Part shown: positions 8,583 to 18,039 of the stretch, piece by piece | How the letters are laid out: each line of letters starts with the position of its first letter | Position numbering within the stretch: the first letter of the stretch is position 1 | NCBI GenBank assembly: GCA_964481205.1 | Contig: CAYZYE010000005.1 | Coordinates: forward strand, 1-49,975 | From: an uncultured Anaerolineae bacterium | Lineage (GTDB): Bacteria > Chloroflexota > Anaerolineae > JAFGEY01 | Length of the DNA: 49,975 nucleotides | Reading direction: 5' to 3' | Position numbers and translations under genes: made by a program | Notes under the pieces: generated by a model | The model's database searches: none | What the model was told of the DNA's origin: nothing | The model's input: the letters and a program-made list of their open reading frames with translations, nothing else

Positions 8583-8786
8583 ATTCTTGGTGTCTCTTGA
8601 TGTTTCTAGCCACCATACGTTCTGTCATTGCGAGCGTCTCCAGGATGCCTATGGCGTCTTTCCGTCAAACAGAAACGCCCAAGTTTCTGCTCCAAGGGGA
8701 TTGACAAATCCCAGTCAGCGAGCCGGTACTGCGCCGTCTGCCTGACGCCGTCTGTGTACGACGGTGCCGTTTGCACAAAATCTCGT

Positions 8787-8850
8787 GTAGGGGGTCGCCC
8801 GACCCCCTACGACCCCCGGCTGGGGGGCTACGCCCACCCAGACCCCCCAA
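8787..8850. repeat. GTAG-type REP-like palindrome plus adjacent GC hairpin
   Basis: GTAGGGGGTCG-CC-CGACCCCCTAC perfect 11-bp stem (8787-8810), followed by TGGGGGGCTACGCCCACCCAGACCCCCCA. Confidence 0.6.
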
Positions 8851-9075
8851 AAGCGACCTGTAATTTATCGGCTGGCGCGGAGAATTGAGCCGCATAGTTC
8901 TGTGGCGCATTTGCCAGTTTCTTACGAGTGTAGCGAAGCAATTCTCAGGTTTAGATGTACTATGCTCTGCGTTTATTCATGGTGCTTGGAGATCGTTTTG
9001 GCAATGACATTGATAAAATTGTAGGATGGCTGGTTGATGTTTTCTTTTTTGGCGCTTTCTGCGGTTGGGAACTTG

Positions 9076-9912
9076 CTAGAATTCGATTTCGGCTGCCTGG
9101 TCGAGGGCCAGGTCGTCGAGGTCGTCTTCTGGGGTGTCTGCTTCCCACTCGGCCGGCAGGGGCGCTTTTCCCGGCGCCGGTTCAAGGTCGCACAAGGTCC
9201 GGTAGGTGCAATACCGGCACTTGTTCGCGTCGTCGGTGAGCGGCCAGATCGCTTCCTGGTGTGCTTTGATCTCGTGGATTCGCGCCAGCAATGTTTGTTC
9301 GGTTTGGGTGTGTTGCGCGCGGTCGTAGGCAAAGCGTTCGGTCTGGGCCGGATAGTTGGCGAACCAATAGATCATTTCAATTTGTTCGGGCAAAATGGGG
9401 GCGTTGGCGTTGATTGGCCGGCCGGCTCGCGCCAGTACGAATGGGTAGACGAGTGTTTGCCAACGTTTGGCCAGTTGTGCGCGCCGGGGACGATATTGTT
9501 CTGTTTTCCAATCGACGATGACTGCCTGCCGGCCGGGGTCGATGGCCAGTAGATCGTATCGCGCCAGCAGGCGATATTTGTCTATCGGCGTGGAAAGGCG
9601 CACTTCGGCCCGGCGCAGCGTGGTTGGCAGGTGGCCCGGCGCGGCGTTGAGGTAGGCGTTCCACCAACGGCGCAGGTCTCCTTGAGCGGCCAGGGGGGTC
9701 AGTTTTTCGACCGGAATGCCCAATGTGTGTTGGTGAACCAGGTGGTGAAAGGCGGCGCCCTGGCGCATGCGTTGTTCCCGTTCGATGGATGGCTCGTCGC
9801 CGGCGGCCGGCCACCGGGTGCCGAGGAGGTAACGCAGTTGAAAGCGTCTGGGACAGTCGGCGTAGGCGTGAAGGGAGGATTGGCTAAAAGCGAACCCCGG
9901 CGGCAAGGTCAT
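9076..9912 (-). CDS. PD-(D/E)XK nuclease, Cas4/AddB-like with Fe-S Cys motif
   Basis: FSQSSL..Y.DCPRRF, RYDLL..IVDWKT, CRYCTYRTLC. Confidence 0.85.
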   Translation of the reverse strand: MTLPPGFAFSQSSLHAYADCPRRFQLRYLLGTRWPAAGDEPSIEREQRMRQGAAFHHLVHQHTLGIPVEKLTPLAAQGDLRRWWNAYLNAAPGHLPTTLRRAEVRLSTPIDKYRLLARYDLLAIDPGRQAVIVDWKTEQYRPRRAQLAKRWQTLVYPFVLARAGRPINANAPILPEQIEMIYWFANYPAQTERFAYDRAQHTQTEQTLLARIHEIKAHQEAIWPLTDDANKCRYCTYRTLCDLEPAPGKAPLPAEWEADTPEDDLDDLALDQAAEIEF

Positions 9913-9916
9913 GATC

Positions 9917-10543
9917 TCAGCTGTCCCGGGTTTGCTGCGCGGCCTGGATGATCAACTGCGCGGCAAGTTCGGGCGCGATTTTGCTCGTGTCGATCGCCAG
10001 GTGATAGTGTTTGAGGTCTTTCCAGTTGGCGTTTTTGTGCCAATACCGGATCGACTGGCGTTTCTGTTCGTCGGATCGCTCAATGTACCGCCGGGCTTCG
10101 AGTGGTGTGATTTTGGCGCGTTCGATCAGCCGGGCGACGCGAACCTCGGTTGCGGCGTACAGGTGAACGTGCAAGGCTGTCGGCCAGGATTGCAGGATCA
10201 TTTGGCCGCCTCGTCCGACGATGACGACATTGCCTTGTTGGGCGAATTTTTCCATGGTCTCGCGGATGACCCTGGTGTATGTCTGATCGTCGATGGAGCC
10301 TTGTCTCGAAAAGGCCGCCGGGTCGCGGCCGTACAGCGAGGTCATTTGCCCGCTGATCAGTTTTGGTTTTCGCGCGACATCTTTTTCTTTGGTCAGGACC
10401 GCTTTGACATCGACGCCGGCGTCTCGCGCGATCTTGGTGAGCAGGGCTTTGTCGACGCGGCAATAGTCCAACGTCTGGCAGATCAATTCGTCAACTTGTT
10501 CCCCGTTGCTTCCCACCTCGCGTGAAATCGTAATGACGGCCAT
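9917..10543 (-). CDS. cytidylate kinase-like family protein
   Basis: MAVITISREVGSNG, VVIVGRGG, ID.SD..R, YHLAIDTS. Confidence 0.85.
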   Translation of the reverse strand: MAVITISREVGSNGEQVDELICQTLDYCRVDKALLTKIARDAGVDVKAVLTKEKDVARKPKLISGQMTSLYGRDPAAFSRQGSIDDQTYTRVIRETMEKFAQQGNVVIVGRGGQMILQSWPTALHVHLYAATEVRVARLIERAKITPLEARRYIERSDEQKRQSIRYWHKNANWKDLKHYHLAIDTSKIAPELAAQLIIQAAQQTRDS

Positions 10544-10545
10544 TT

Positions 10546-11511
10546 TTACTCCCAATCTCGTTCTGCCTGGGCATAGAGCTGGTACCGATAAAAAGGCACG
10601 CGCGGGATGCGCAGTTCAAAGCGTACCCAGGTGTTGGGTTCGATGTCTTGTTGTGGGACGAATGTCGCTCCCAGGCTGACAATGTGCCCGCTGGCGTCTT
10701 GGAGCACTCCGGCCACGCTAATGTTTTTGATCTTGAACGGGTTGTTGTTGGCGGCGCGCCCGACCACGCGCACGCTGTCGGCGCTGTCATAGTAAAAACC
10801 AATGTTGCTCAATACGATTGTGGCCGACTCGCGTCCGGTTGGCCGGCCGTCGGGGTGCAGGACAAAGGATTTGACGCGCCGCGCCGCGATTTCGACGCGG
10901 AATGGACATTCTTCGCCGGGGCCGAGCAGCAGGAACGGAAATTCGACGTCGATGGGGCCGTGCCTAAAGTCTTGATCGTCAAAGAATGTGGCGTTGACGC
11001 CCACCGCTTCATACGTTTCGGCGCTGTCGTTGCGGGCAATGCCGGTGACGAGATAGGTGCTGTTTTCTCCGGCGCGGTTGGCGCTGACGATCAGCGTGAT
11101 CGGCGGGCCAGGGTCCTGGTCTTTGATTCTGGTCATGGCCGGTGTGGGGGTTTGCACCGGCGCTGGCGTTGCCGGCGGCCGAGTCGGCGCGGGGGTGGGC
11201 GTTTGGGTTGGCGTTTCGGTCGGCGTGGGTGTTTCGGTAGATGTTGGACCGAGCGTCGGCGTGGCGGTGGGGGTCGGCGTGGCGGTTGGGAATGGGGTAT
11301 AGGTGGGCGGAGGGGTGTAGGTGGGATAGGGCGTATAGGTTGCCGCCGGCGGCGCGTCGTTTTGTTTTTCGACGACGATGCGCGTCACTTGGACCTCGCG
11401 AATGACTTCTTGGGTGACGATCACGGTCTTGGGTGTGGCGCAAGAGGCCAACAATGGCATGGCGATCGCCAGGAGGGCAATGTGGATCGTGACGGCGAAT
11501 GTTTTTTTCAC
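10546..11511 (-). CDS. lipoprotein with Pro/Thr-rich linker and two FxLYD-like beta-sandwich domains
   Basis: Lipobox LLASC; (PT)n low-complexity tract; two repeats of the form V.G..RN...V.V.A.F.D..G. Confidence 0.7.
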   Translation of the reverse strand: MKKTFAVTIHIALLAIAMPLLASCATPKTVIVTQEVIREVQVTRIVVEKQNDAPPAATYTPYPTYTPPPTYTPFPTATPTPTATPTLGPTSTETPTPTETPTQTPTPAPTRPPATPAPVQTPTPAMTRIKDQDPGPPITLIVSANRAGENSTYLVTGIARNDSAETYEAVGVNATFFDDQDFRHGPIDVEFPFLLLGPGEECPFRVEIAARRVKSFVLHPDGRPTGRESATIVLSNIGFYYDSADSVRVVGRAANNNPFKIKNISVAGVLQDASGHIVSLGATFVPQQDIEPNTWVRFELRIPRVPFYRYQLYAQAERDWE

Positions 11512-11521
11512 GCTTTGTCTC

Positions 11522-12238
11522 CTATGGTTGGTGTGTGGTGGCGGTAGCGAGCATGTCGGCGGCGTAAGCGATGCCGGCCTGCAAATTGCGCCGCGTTTCG
11601 GCCGGCAGTTTGAGGTTTTGTTTCAACAGGGTGCGCGCTGTTTGCGCGTCGATGCCGGTCAAGATCACCCGGCAGCCCATAAAGTCGATCGCCGACAAGA
11701 CCTGGGCAAAGACGGGTGTGGTTTCAGGCGGCAGGTCGGTCAGGCCGGTCAAGTCAATGATCGCCACCTGGGCGCGGTGGGCTTTGATGCTGGGCAGCAG
11801 GCCGGCGCGGATATGTTGCATGCGCGCCGGGTCGATTGCTCCGACCAGCGGGACGGCGACGACTCCCTGGGTGATCGGGATGACCGGCGTCGATAGTGTG
11901 TCAAACTGCGCGTTGGTTTGTTCGAGGCGCGCCCGGCAGCGTGCCAACTCGGCGCGGGCGTCCTCGCGTTCTCGAGTGAGGTGCGCGGCGGCGGCCGCTT
12001 TGGCGTCCAGTTCGGCGATGGTGCGACACAATGTTCTTTCCCGGTACCAGGTGAGAAAGGCGAGCCAGACCTGGGCGACGAGCAACGCGACCACGACGGT
12101 CAGCACCAGGCCGGTTTGCAGAGCAGGTGTGAGCAAGACCACGCCGGCGGCGGCGCTTCCCAGCAGGGTCAGGATTGCGCAGGCCAGATGCGGCTTGCGG
12201 GCGCGTATCGCGTCTGGATCGGGCGTTCGAGTGGTCAT
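11522..12238 (-). CDS. membrane-anchored STAS (RsbR-like) protein
   Basis: Two N-terminal TM segments, coiled coil, LSTPVIPI..GV..VPLVG.ID..R..IIDLTGL STAS motif. Confidence 0.85.
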   Translation of the reverse strand: MTTRTPDPDAIRARKPHLACAILTLLGSAAAGVVLLTPALQTGLVLTVVVALLVAQVWLAFLTWYRERTLCRTIAELDAKAAAAAHLTREREDARAELARCRARLEQTNAQFDTLSTPVIPITQGVVAVPLVGAIDPARMQHIRAGLLPSIKAHRAQVAIIDLTGLTDLPPETTPVFAQVLSAIDFMGCRVILTGIDAQTARTLLKQNLKLPAETRRNLQAGIAYAADMLATATTHQP

Positions 12239-12387
12239 AGTTGTCCTTGTATCAGGGCTGTTCAATCACAGCGGTTGGAACCGTGCCTGGCGAGTTGTTG
12301 ACTGGTCATCCACCTACGTGGACGAGGCCCCGCCGGCGGTGACTTGGAACAGCTCTGGTCCTTTTACATCTGGGGCCGCGCCCCCGC

Positions 12388-13653
12388 TTATGTCGCCAGG
12401 AGCCAGCCGGTGACGCTCACCCATATCGTTGAGGCGGGTTGCAGCATCGCAAAGATGTCAGAGTCACCGTCTCCCAACAAGACCATCACCGCAAAGATGC
12501 AGCCCAACAGCACGAGGGCGATGAGCACGGCCAGGGCTACCTTCCACCACGAGATCGGTGCTTCGCCATGTACCTGTCCCGTTTGCCCGTTGACCATAAA
12601 GTTGTATATTTTGTTGTTGAACCGGTAAGAAGCAAGCCATACGGGCAAGAGGACGTGTTTGAAGGTCAGGTCGTCGAACCTGGTTTGGACGTGCAGATCG
12701 CGGTATGTGTCGCCGGGCACCTGTTTGGCGCAGGCGGCGCGAATTCGCTCGTTGATGATTTGCTGCCCCATGTTCCAGCCTTCGTCCAGGTCGATCTGGT
12801 ATTCTTCGGCTTTCCAGCCGGCCAGATATTGGGGGCGGTACGGCACCAGTTTTTGCGTGTCGAACGGGTAAATTTTGCGGAGGATTTTCTCTTTGACGCT
12901 TCGCGTCGCATAGACCAGCACGTCGTCAAAGAATTGGTTGTATTGCCCCGCCGCGCGTTGCCAGCGTGTTTTGCGCACCTGGCGCGTGCGCGTCTGGCGC
13001 CGGCCGTTGACGGTGACGGTGTATCGCTGCGTGACATAGTAATAGTACCCGGCCATGGCGCGCCACGCGGAAAATGTTTGGGCGTCGAATGTCCAAAAGG
13101 GCAGGTAAACGCCTTGCACGCGAGCCTCGGCGTGGCTGGCGATGCGCTTGACTTTGTTGGGGCGAAACCAGCCTTTGCCAAGCCAGACGCGAAATTTGTC
13201 GATCGCCGTTTTTTGATCGATCTGAAACGGCACCAGCGATTCCGGGGTGATCAGTTTCGTGCTTTGTTCTTGCGCCAGGACGTGGTGTGAGCCGCAAAAG
13301 GGGCATACCGTGGCGGTGACGTTGGGTTCGACGCTGACCGAGGCGTTACAGCTGTTGCACTTGAAGGTGCGCGTTTCGACGCCCCAGCCCGTTTCGTGCT
13401 GCTCGCCCAGTTTGTTGAGCCATTCTCCCAGATCGTGTTCCTCGATGGTCTCGACCGCGGCCTGATCGACCTGGGTTTGCGTATGCACCTCGGTCATCGA
13501 CCCCGCCTGTTCAACGGGCGCTTTGTAGCCGCAATAGTTGCAGACCATCAATTTTTCGGCCGCGTTAAAGATCAACTCGGCGTTGCATTGCGGGCACGGG
13601 TACTTTTTTGCGTGTTCTGGTTGTTCTGGTTGTTCTGGTGTCGTTTCCATCAT
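12388..13653 (-). CDS. double zinc-ribbon protein with C-terminal membrane anchor
   Basis: CPQC..CNYC and CNSC..CPFC; YLPFWTFD, FKHVLLPVW..Y, VNGQTG.V.G.AP.SWWK. Confidence 0.75.
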   Translation of the reverse strand: MMETTPEQPEQPEHAKKYPCPQCNAELIFNAAEKLMVCNYCGYKAPVEQAGSMTEVHTQTQVDQAAVETIEEHDLGEWLNKLGEQHETGWGVETRTFKCNSCNASVSVEPNVTATVCPFCGSHHVLAQEQSTKLITPESLVPFQIDQKTAIDKFRVWLGKGWFRPNKVKRIASHAEARVQGVYLPFWTFDAQTFSAWRAMAGYYYYVTQRYTVTVNGRRQTRTRQVRKTRWQRAAGQYNQFFDDVLVYATRSVKEKILRKIYPFDTQKLVPYRPQYLAGWKAEEYQIDLDEGWNMGQQIINERIRAACAKQVPGDTYRDLHVQTRFDDLTFKHVLLPVWLASYRFNNKIYNFMVNGQTGQVHGEAPISWWKVALAVLIALVLLGCIFAVMVLLGDGDSDIFAMLQPASTIWVSVTGWLLAT

Positions 13654-13791
13654 TTGCACTCCGCCTGGGGGAGACAACCCGGCGCCTATGTCGGCCAGAC
13701 ATTTGGGTGTGCTTGCGGTTGCGTAACCACTCAGCCTGCCCTTCTGGAGGTGATCATCCGGTATATTGACGCAATTGGACGTTCATCTGGT

Positions 13792-13998
13792 TTACGGTTT
13801 GGCGTCCGCCGCCGGTTTGCATGTCGCGTGCAGGTAGGCGAAATCGCCGCGCGGTGGAATGATTTCCATGATCTCGACAATTTGAAATGTCTCATTTCCC
13901 ACCATGAGCGTATCGCCCGGTTCGGGACGTTGATCCAGGTTTTGGATCCCGCCGGGATGGGTTCCGCCTTGGACTACAAAACTGACTTTGTAGATCAT
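13792..13998 (-). CDS. small hypothetical protein (68 aa)
   Basis: GGAGG RBS upstream; compact beta-rich sequence; 19 bp after the cNMP gene on the same strand. Confidence 0.65.
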   Translation of the reverse strand: MIYKVSFVVQGGTHPGGIQNLDQRPEPGDTLMVGNETFQIVEIMEIIPPRGDFAYLHATCKPAADAKP

Positions 13999-14017
13999 TG
14001 TTTTACCTCCTTGGCCG

Positions 14018-14488
14018 CTATTTCCACGACAGGTTGCGATGTCGCAATTTGAATGACAAGTCAGCGGCGAGGTTACGCATCACTTTGTAGCCGATGTCTG
14101 TGTCTTTTTCACATAATGCGATAAACTCATCGCGCCGGATGACATACAATTCGGTCCCGTTGGACGTACATTCGACGGTGGCCGACCGTGGCCCCATGTC
14201 AATGAGCGCCATTTCGCCAAAGATTTGCCCTTGCCCCAATGTGATCAGCGATGTTGGCCCCGGCGCCGATAGCGTTTCGGCTGTGACCGCGGCGCTTCCA
14301 ATGCTGACCTGGGCGTTGCCTTGATGGATGATATAGATTTCGTCACTCGGTTCAAACTCGCGGACAATGATGTCGCCTGCGTTATAGACCTTGTTTTCAC
14401 AAATCGAGGCGATACTTGCGAGTTGTTCGGCAGAGAGGCCGTACAGGATTTCCACCCGTTTCAAAGAGTCGACTGTAATCATTGTCAC
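14018..14488 (-). CDS. stand-alone cyclic nucleotide-binding domain protein
   Basis: GQIFGEMALIDMGPRSATV cNMP cassette; no HTH. Confidence 0.9.
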   Translation of the reverse strand: MTMITVDSLKRVEILYGLSAEQLASIASICENKVYNAGDIIVREFEPSDEIYIIHQGNAQVSIGSAAVTAETLSAPGPTSLITLGQGQIFGEMALIDMGPRSATVECTSNGTELYVIRRDEFIALCEKDTDIGYKVMRNLAADLSFKLRHRNLSWK

Positions 14489-14573
14489 TCCCTTTCTTGA
14501 GCAAGCGTGAGGTTACTCGAACAAGCAGTTACATTTTACCATAAATTGCTTATGCTGGGCAAGTTTTGGTCGT

Positions 14574-16439
14574 TTAGGCATACTCGCGTACCCAGGCGAT
14601 GTCCAGTTCGGCCAGTTTGGCCTCGGTGGGCTGACCGCTGTCTGGGTCCCAGCCCATCATGCCATAGTACAGTTTTCGCGCCTGGTCGAGTGTTTCCGGC
14701 ATGACCGGCTTTTCGTTCAGGGTTTTGGTTTTGTGGTAGGCAGCGACGCGCGGCGGGAGCACGTCATCGGCTTTGCTCAGACCCTCGCGCAGGTTAAAGA
14801 CGCGCGCCATGGTCACGCCGCGTTCTCCGGCCTTGATCAGTTCCCAGACGTTTGTTTTCCACCCGGTGATGGCGCGGATCAGCTGCACGATTTGATCGCG
14901 CGACCAGGGGACAAACATGCAGCAGCAGATGTGGTTGTTGATCCAGGCCCAATTGGTCGAGATGGTGTAGGCGCGCACTTTGTGCGCGTTGAGTTCGGTT
15001 TGCGGCACCGATTCGTAGAGGCCCAGGCTTTGCATATCTTCGCCCAGCGGGTTTTGCGCCAGGCCGCCATCCCAAAAGTTGTGCATATGATCGGCGCCGG
15101 TGGGCGAAACGGCATATCCCAGGGCCTGGCCGTGGCGCGTGCGACATTCGTGCATGGGGAACGGCTGCTTTTTGACGTCGAGGACAAAGGCGCGGGCGGC
15201 GTCGCCGATCTTGTCGGCGGCGCGAGTGGGGCCTTGGGCCAGCAGGTCGCCCAGCCCTCGACGTTCGCAGATTTGCCGCGTCAGTTCGACCATTGCCGCT
15301 CCGTTGCCAAAGTTCAGGGCCAGGCCGCCGCTATCTTGGGTGTTGAGCAGCCCGTTCTCAAAACATTCCATGGCAAAAGAGACGGTCATCCCGGTCGAAA
15401 TCGTGTCCAGGCCATAGGCGTTACAAAGTTCGTTGGCCTTGGCGATCGCGCGCAGGTCATCGACGCCGCAGTTGGAGCCAAACGCGCCGACGGTTTCGTA
15501 TTCGGGGCCGCCGTATTGCGGATCGACTTGATAGTCTTTGTCGTCGACCGCGACCACGCGCTTGCAGCGGATGGGGCAGGCGAAACAGCCGCCCCGGTCG
15601 ATCAAAATGGTGTCGCGCATGGCCTCGCCGCCGATCTTGGCCGCTTTCTGAAACTGGCCATCTTGAAAGTTGCGGGTGGGCAAGGCGCCGATCTCGCTGA
15701 GGCCGAGCAGTCCGCCGCAAGTGCCCAGGTCGTGCATACCCCAGGCTTTTTCTTTCCAGTTTTGCGCCATCCATTTAGCCAGCGCTTTGAGCGCGCCGGC
15801 GTCGGCCAGGGGGACGGGGGTGTTGCCTTTGGCGGCGACGCATTTGAGGTTTTTCGACCCCATCACTGCGCCCATGCCGGTGCGGCCGGCGGCGTGTTTG
15901 AGGTCATTGATCACGCAGGCATAGCGCACCAGTTTTTCGCCGCCCGGCCCAATCATGGCCAGACGGGCGCGTTTTTCTCCCAACTCGGCGCGCACGGCTT
16001 TTTGGCATTCCAGCGTGGTCATTCCCCACAGGTGGCCGGCCGGGCGGATTTCGACCTGGCCGTGGTTGATCCACAGGTAAACCGGCGTGGGCGACTTGCC
16101 ATAGATGACGATCGCGTCAAATCCGGCGTGTTTGAGTTCGGCGCCGAAAAAGCCGCCCACGTCGGCCTCGCCATAGCCACCGCTGAGCGGCGACTTGGCC
16201 CCGACGGCGCTTCGCCCGGCCCCGGCGACGGCGACGCCGGTGAGGACGCCGGTCGCAAAAATCAGGACATTGTCGGGGCCAAGGGGGTCGGCGCCGGCGG
16301 GTACGTGTTTGAGTGTATAGTAGCCGATAAAGCCGTTTCCGCCGAGGTAGCGCCGGTAAAAGCTCTCCGGCGGTTCTTCGATGTTGAACGTGCCTCGAGT
16401 TAAATCGACATGCAAAATTTTACCAGTGTACCCATTCAT
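14574..16439 (-). CDS. aor: aldehyde:ferredoxin oxidoreductase (tungstopterin family)
   Basis: KSPLSGG, AGRTGMGAVMGSKNLK, CFACPIRC, GPEYET, GLDTISTG; AGGAGG RBS. Confidence 0.93.
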   Translation of the reverse strand: MNGYTGKILHVDLTRGTFNIEEPPESFYRRYLGGNGFIGYYTLKHVPAGADPLGPDNVLIFATGVLTGVAVAGAGRSAVGAKSPLSGGYGEADVGGFFGAELKHAGFDAIVIYGKSPTPVYLWINHGQVEIRPAGHLWGMTTLECQKAVRAELGEKRARLAMIGPGGEKLVRYACVINDLKHAAGRTGMGAVMGSKNLKCVAAKGNTPVPLADAGALKALAKWMAQNWKEKAWGMHDLGTCGGLLGLSEIGALPTRNFQDGQFQKAAKIGGEAMRDTILIDRGGCFACPIRCKRVVAVDDKDYQVDPQYGGPEYETVGAFGSNCGVDDLRAIAKANELCNAYGLDTISTGMTVSFAMECFENGLLNTQDSGGLALNFGNGAAMVELTRQICERRGLGDLLAQGPTRAADKIGDAARAFVLDVKKQPFPMHECRTRHGQALGYAVSPTGADHMHNFWDGGLAQNPLGEDMQSLGLYESVPQTELNAHKVRAYTISTNWAWINNHICCCMFVPWSRDQIVQLIRAITGWKTNVWELIKAGERGVTMARVFNLREGLSKADDVLPPRVAAYHKTKTLNEKPVMPETLDQARKLYYGMMGWDPDSGQPTEAKLAELDIAWVREYA

Positions 16440-16481
16440 TTTTTTCCTCCTGTTGGCTTACGCTTGGTCGGGTGGCGACGA

Positions 16482-18011
16482 TCATTGGATGAATGACCAG
16501 GGCAGCGGCGTGTTTTCATCTCGAACCGGGTTGGCGGCGAGGTCGATCTCGCATTTTTCCAGGGCCTGACGCCACGCTTTGGACGACGTGCCCTGTAGCG
16601 CCGTCAGGACGCGCCCGATGCGGCGGTCGCCGCGCGCCAACAGCCCCTGAATGACCGCCCACCTGGGGCTTTCGCCTTTGAGCGCAATGTGTTGTCGTTT
16701 GAGTTGCGCGTCGAGTCGCTTGAGCCGCGCGTCGAGCACGGCGGTGGGCGTCATTGTGACGCGCTGAAATGGAGTGTGCGCCTTGGGTACAAATGGCGTC
16801 ACGTTGGCCGTGATTTGGCCGGGAAAACGGGCCGCGACCTGGGCGCACAGTTGGGCGATGGCGGCAATGTCATGGTCGGTCTCGGTGGGCAGGCCGATCA
16901 TAAAATACAGTTTGAGTCGTCGAAACCGGTGGTGCGCGGCGCGTTCGGCGGCGTGGAGCAGGTTGGTTTCGGTGACGCCTTTGCGGATCGAGCGCCGCAA
17001 GCGTTCGCTGCCGGCTTCGGGGGCCAGGGTCAATGTTTGCGCGCCGCTTTCGGCCAGCGCTTGCAGCAGCGATTCTGACAGGGGCGCGACTCGGAGCGAC
17101 GACACGGAGAGCCGCGCGCCCAGCGCCCGCAGTTTGGAGACCAGCTCGTCGATCGGCGCATAGTCGGACACGGCGGCGCCGACCAGCCCGATTTTGTTGC
17201 GCTGCGTCAGCCCATATTTGGCCTGTTCCAGGATCGACTCGACGCTGCGCTCGCGTTTGGGGCGCGTGGTGAACCCGGCGAGACAGAATTGGCACCGGCG
17301 GCTGCACCCGCGCGAAATTTCGATCAGGTGCATATCGCCAAATTCGGCGTCGGGGGTGTGAATGACCGTCGAGGTCGGGTGATCGTCCAGGCGGCGCACC
17401 CATTGGCGCGTGACCGGTGGTGGTTCTGCGCCGGGGTGGAGCTGCGGCGCGTATACGCCGGGGATTTGCCCCAGCGCCGACCACAACAACTCGCGCGGTT
17501 GGGACGCATTTTCGATCAGCGTCTCGACGAGTGGTTCGAGTACCGGTTCGATCTCGCCGATGACAAAGGCGTCGATCAGGTCGGCCAACGGCAAGGGGTT
17601 GGCCGAAACGGCCGGCCCGCCGGCGATGACGAGCGGCCAGTTTTGGTCGCGTTCGCCGGCGCGCAGGGGGATTTTGGCCTGACGCAGCGTTTGCACCACG
17701 TGCGCATAATCCATCTCGAACGAGATCGAAAAGGCGATCACCCCAAAATTGCCGATCGCGCTTTGGCTTTCGATGGATACGATCGGGGCGCCGGGTTTGC
17801 GGTGCGGCTGCCAAAAGGCGCGTTCGCAAACGATGTTCGGGTAAGCGTTGAACAGGCGGTAGACGGTTTGAAAGCCCAGGCTGGACATGCCGACGCGGTA
17901 CGTGTTGGGATAGACCAGGGCGACCGGCAGTTTGCCGCCCCAGTCCTTGATCACGACGCCATGCTCGCGCGCCAGGATGCGGCGCGCGTGTTCAATGTAT
18001 GACCATTTCAT
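16482..18011 (-). CDS. radical SAM protein with N-terminal B12-binding-like domain
   Basis: EISRGCSRRCQFC (CxxxCxxC); YPNTY.VGMSSLG; LAPEAGSERLR; YFMIGLPTE. Confidence 0.9.
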   Translation of the reverse strand: MKWSYIEHARRILAREHGVVIKDWGGKLPVALVYPNTYRVGMSSLGFQTVYRLFNAYPNIVCERAFWQPHRKPGAPIVSIESQSAIGNFGVIAFSISFEMDYAHVVQTLRQAKIPLRAGERDQNWPLVIAGGPAVSANPLPLADLIDAFVIGEIEPVLEPLVETLIENASQPRELLWSALGQIPGVYAPQLHPGAEPPPVTRQWVRRLDDHPTSTVIHTPDAEFGDMHLIEISRGCSRRCQFCLAGFTTRPKRERSVESILEQAKYGLTQRNKIGLVGAAVSDYAPIDELVSKLRALGARLSVSSLRVAPLSESLLQALAESGAQTLTLAPEAGSERLRRSIRKGVTETNLLHAAERAAHHRFRRLKLYFMIGLPTETDHDIAAIAQLCAQVAARFPGQITANVTPFVPKAHTPFQRVTMTPTAVLDARLKRLDAQLKRQHIALKGESPRWAVIQGLLARGDRRIGRVLTALQGTSSKAWRQALEKCEIDLAANPVRDENTPLPWSFIQ

Positions 18012-18039
18012 TGGATGTTTGCCAACCGGTGGCGCAGGT

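Noticed and set aside
9076-9912. CRISPR-Cas locus
   Set aside because: No repeat-spacer array or other cas genes anywhere in the window.
11150-11345. Apparent tandem DNA repeats
   Set aside because: Explained by the Pro/Thr linker of the lipoprotein.
16482-18011. Anaerobic sulfatase maturase for the two sulfatases
   Set aside because: It has a B12-like N-terminus and lacks SPASM cysteine clusters.
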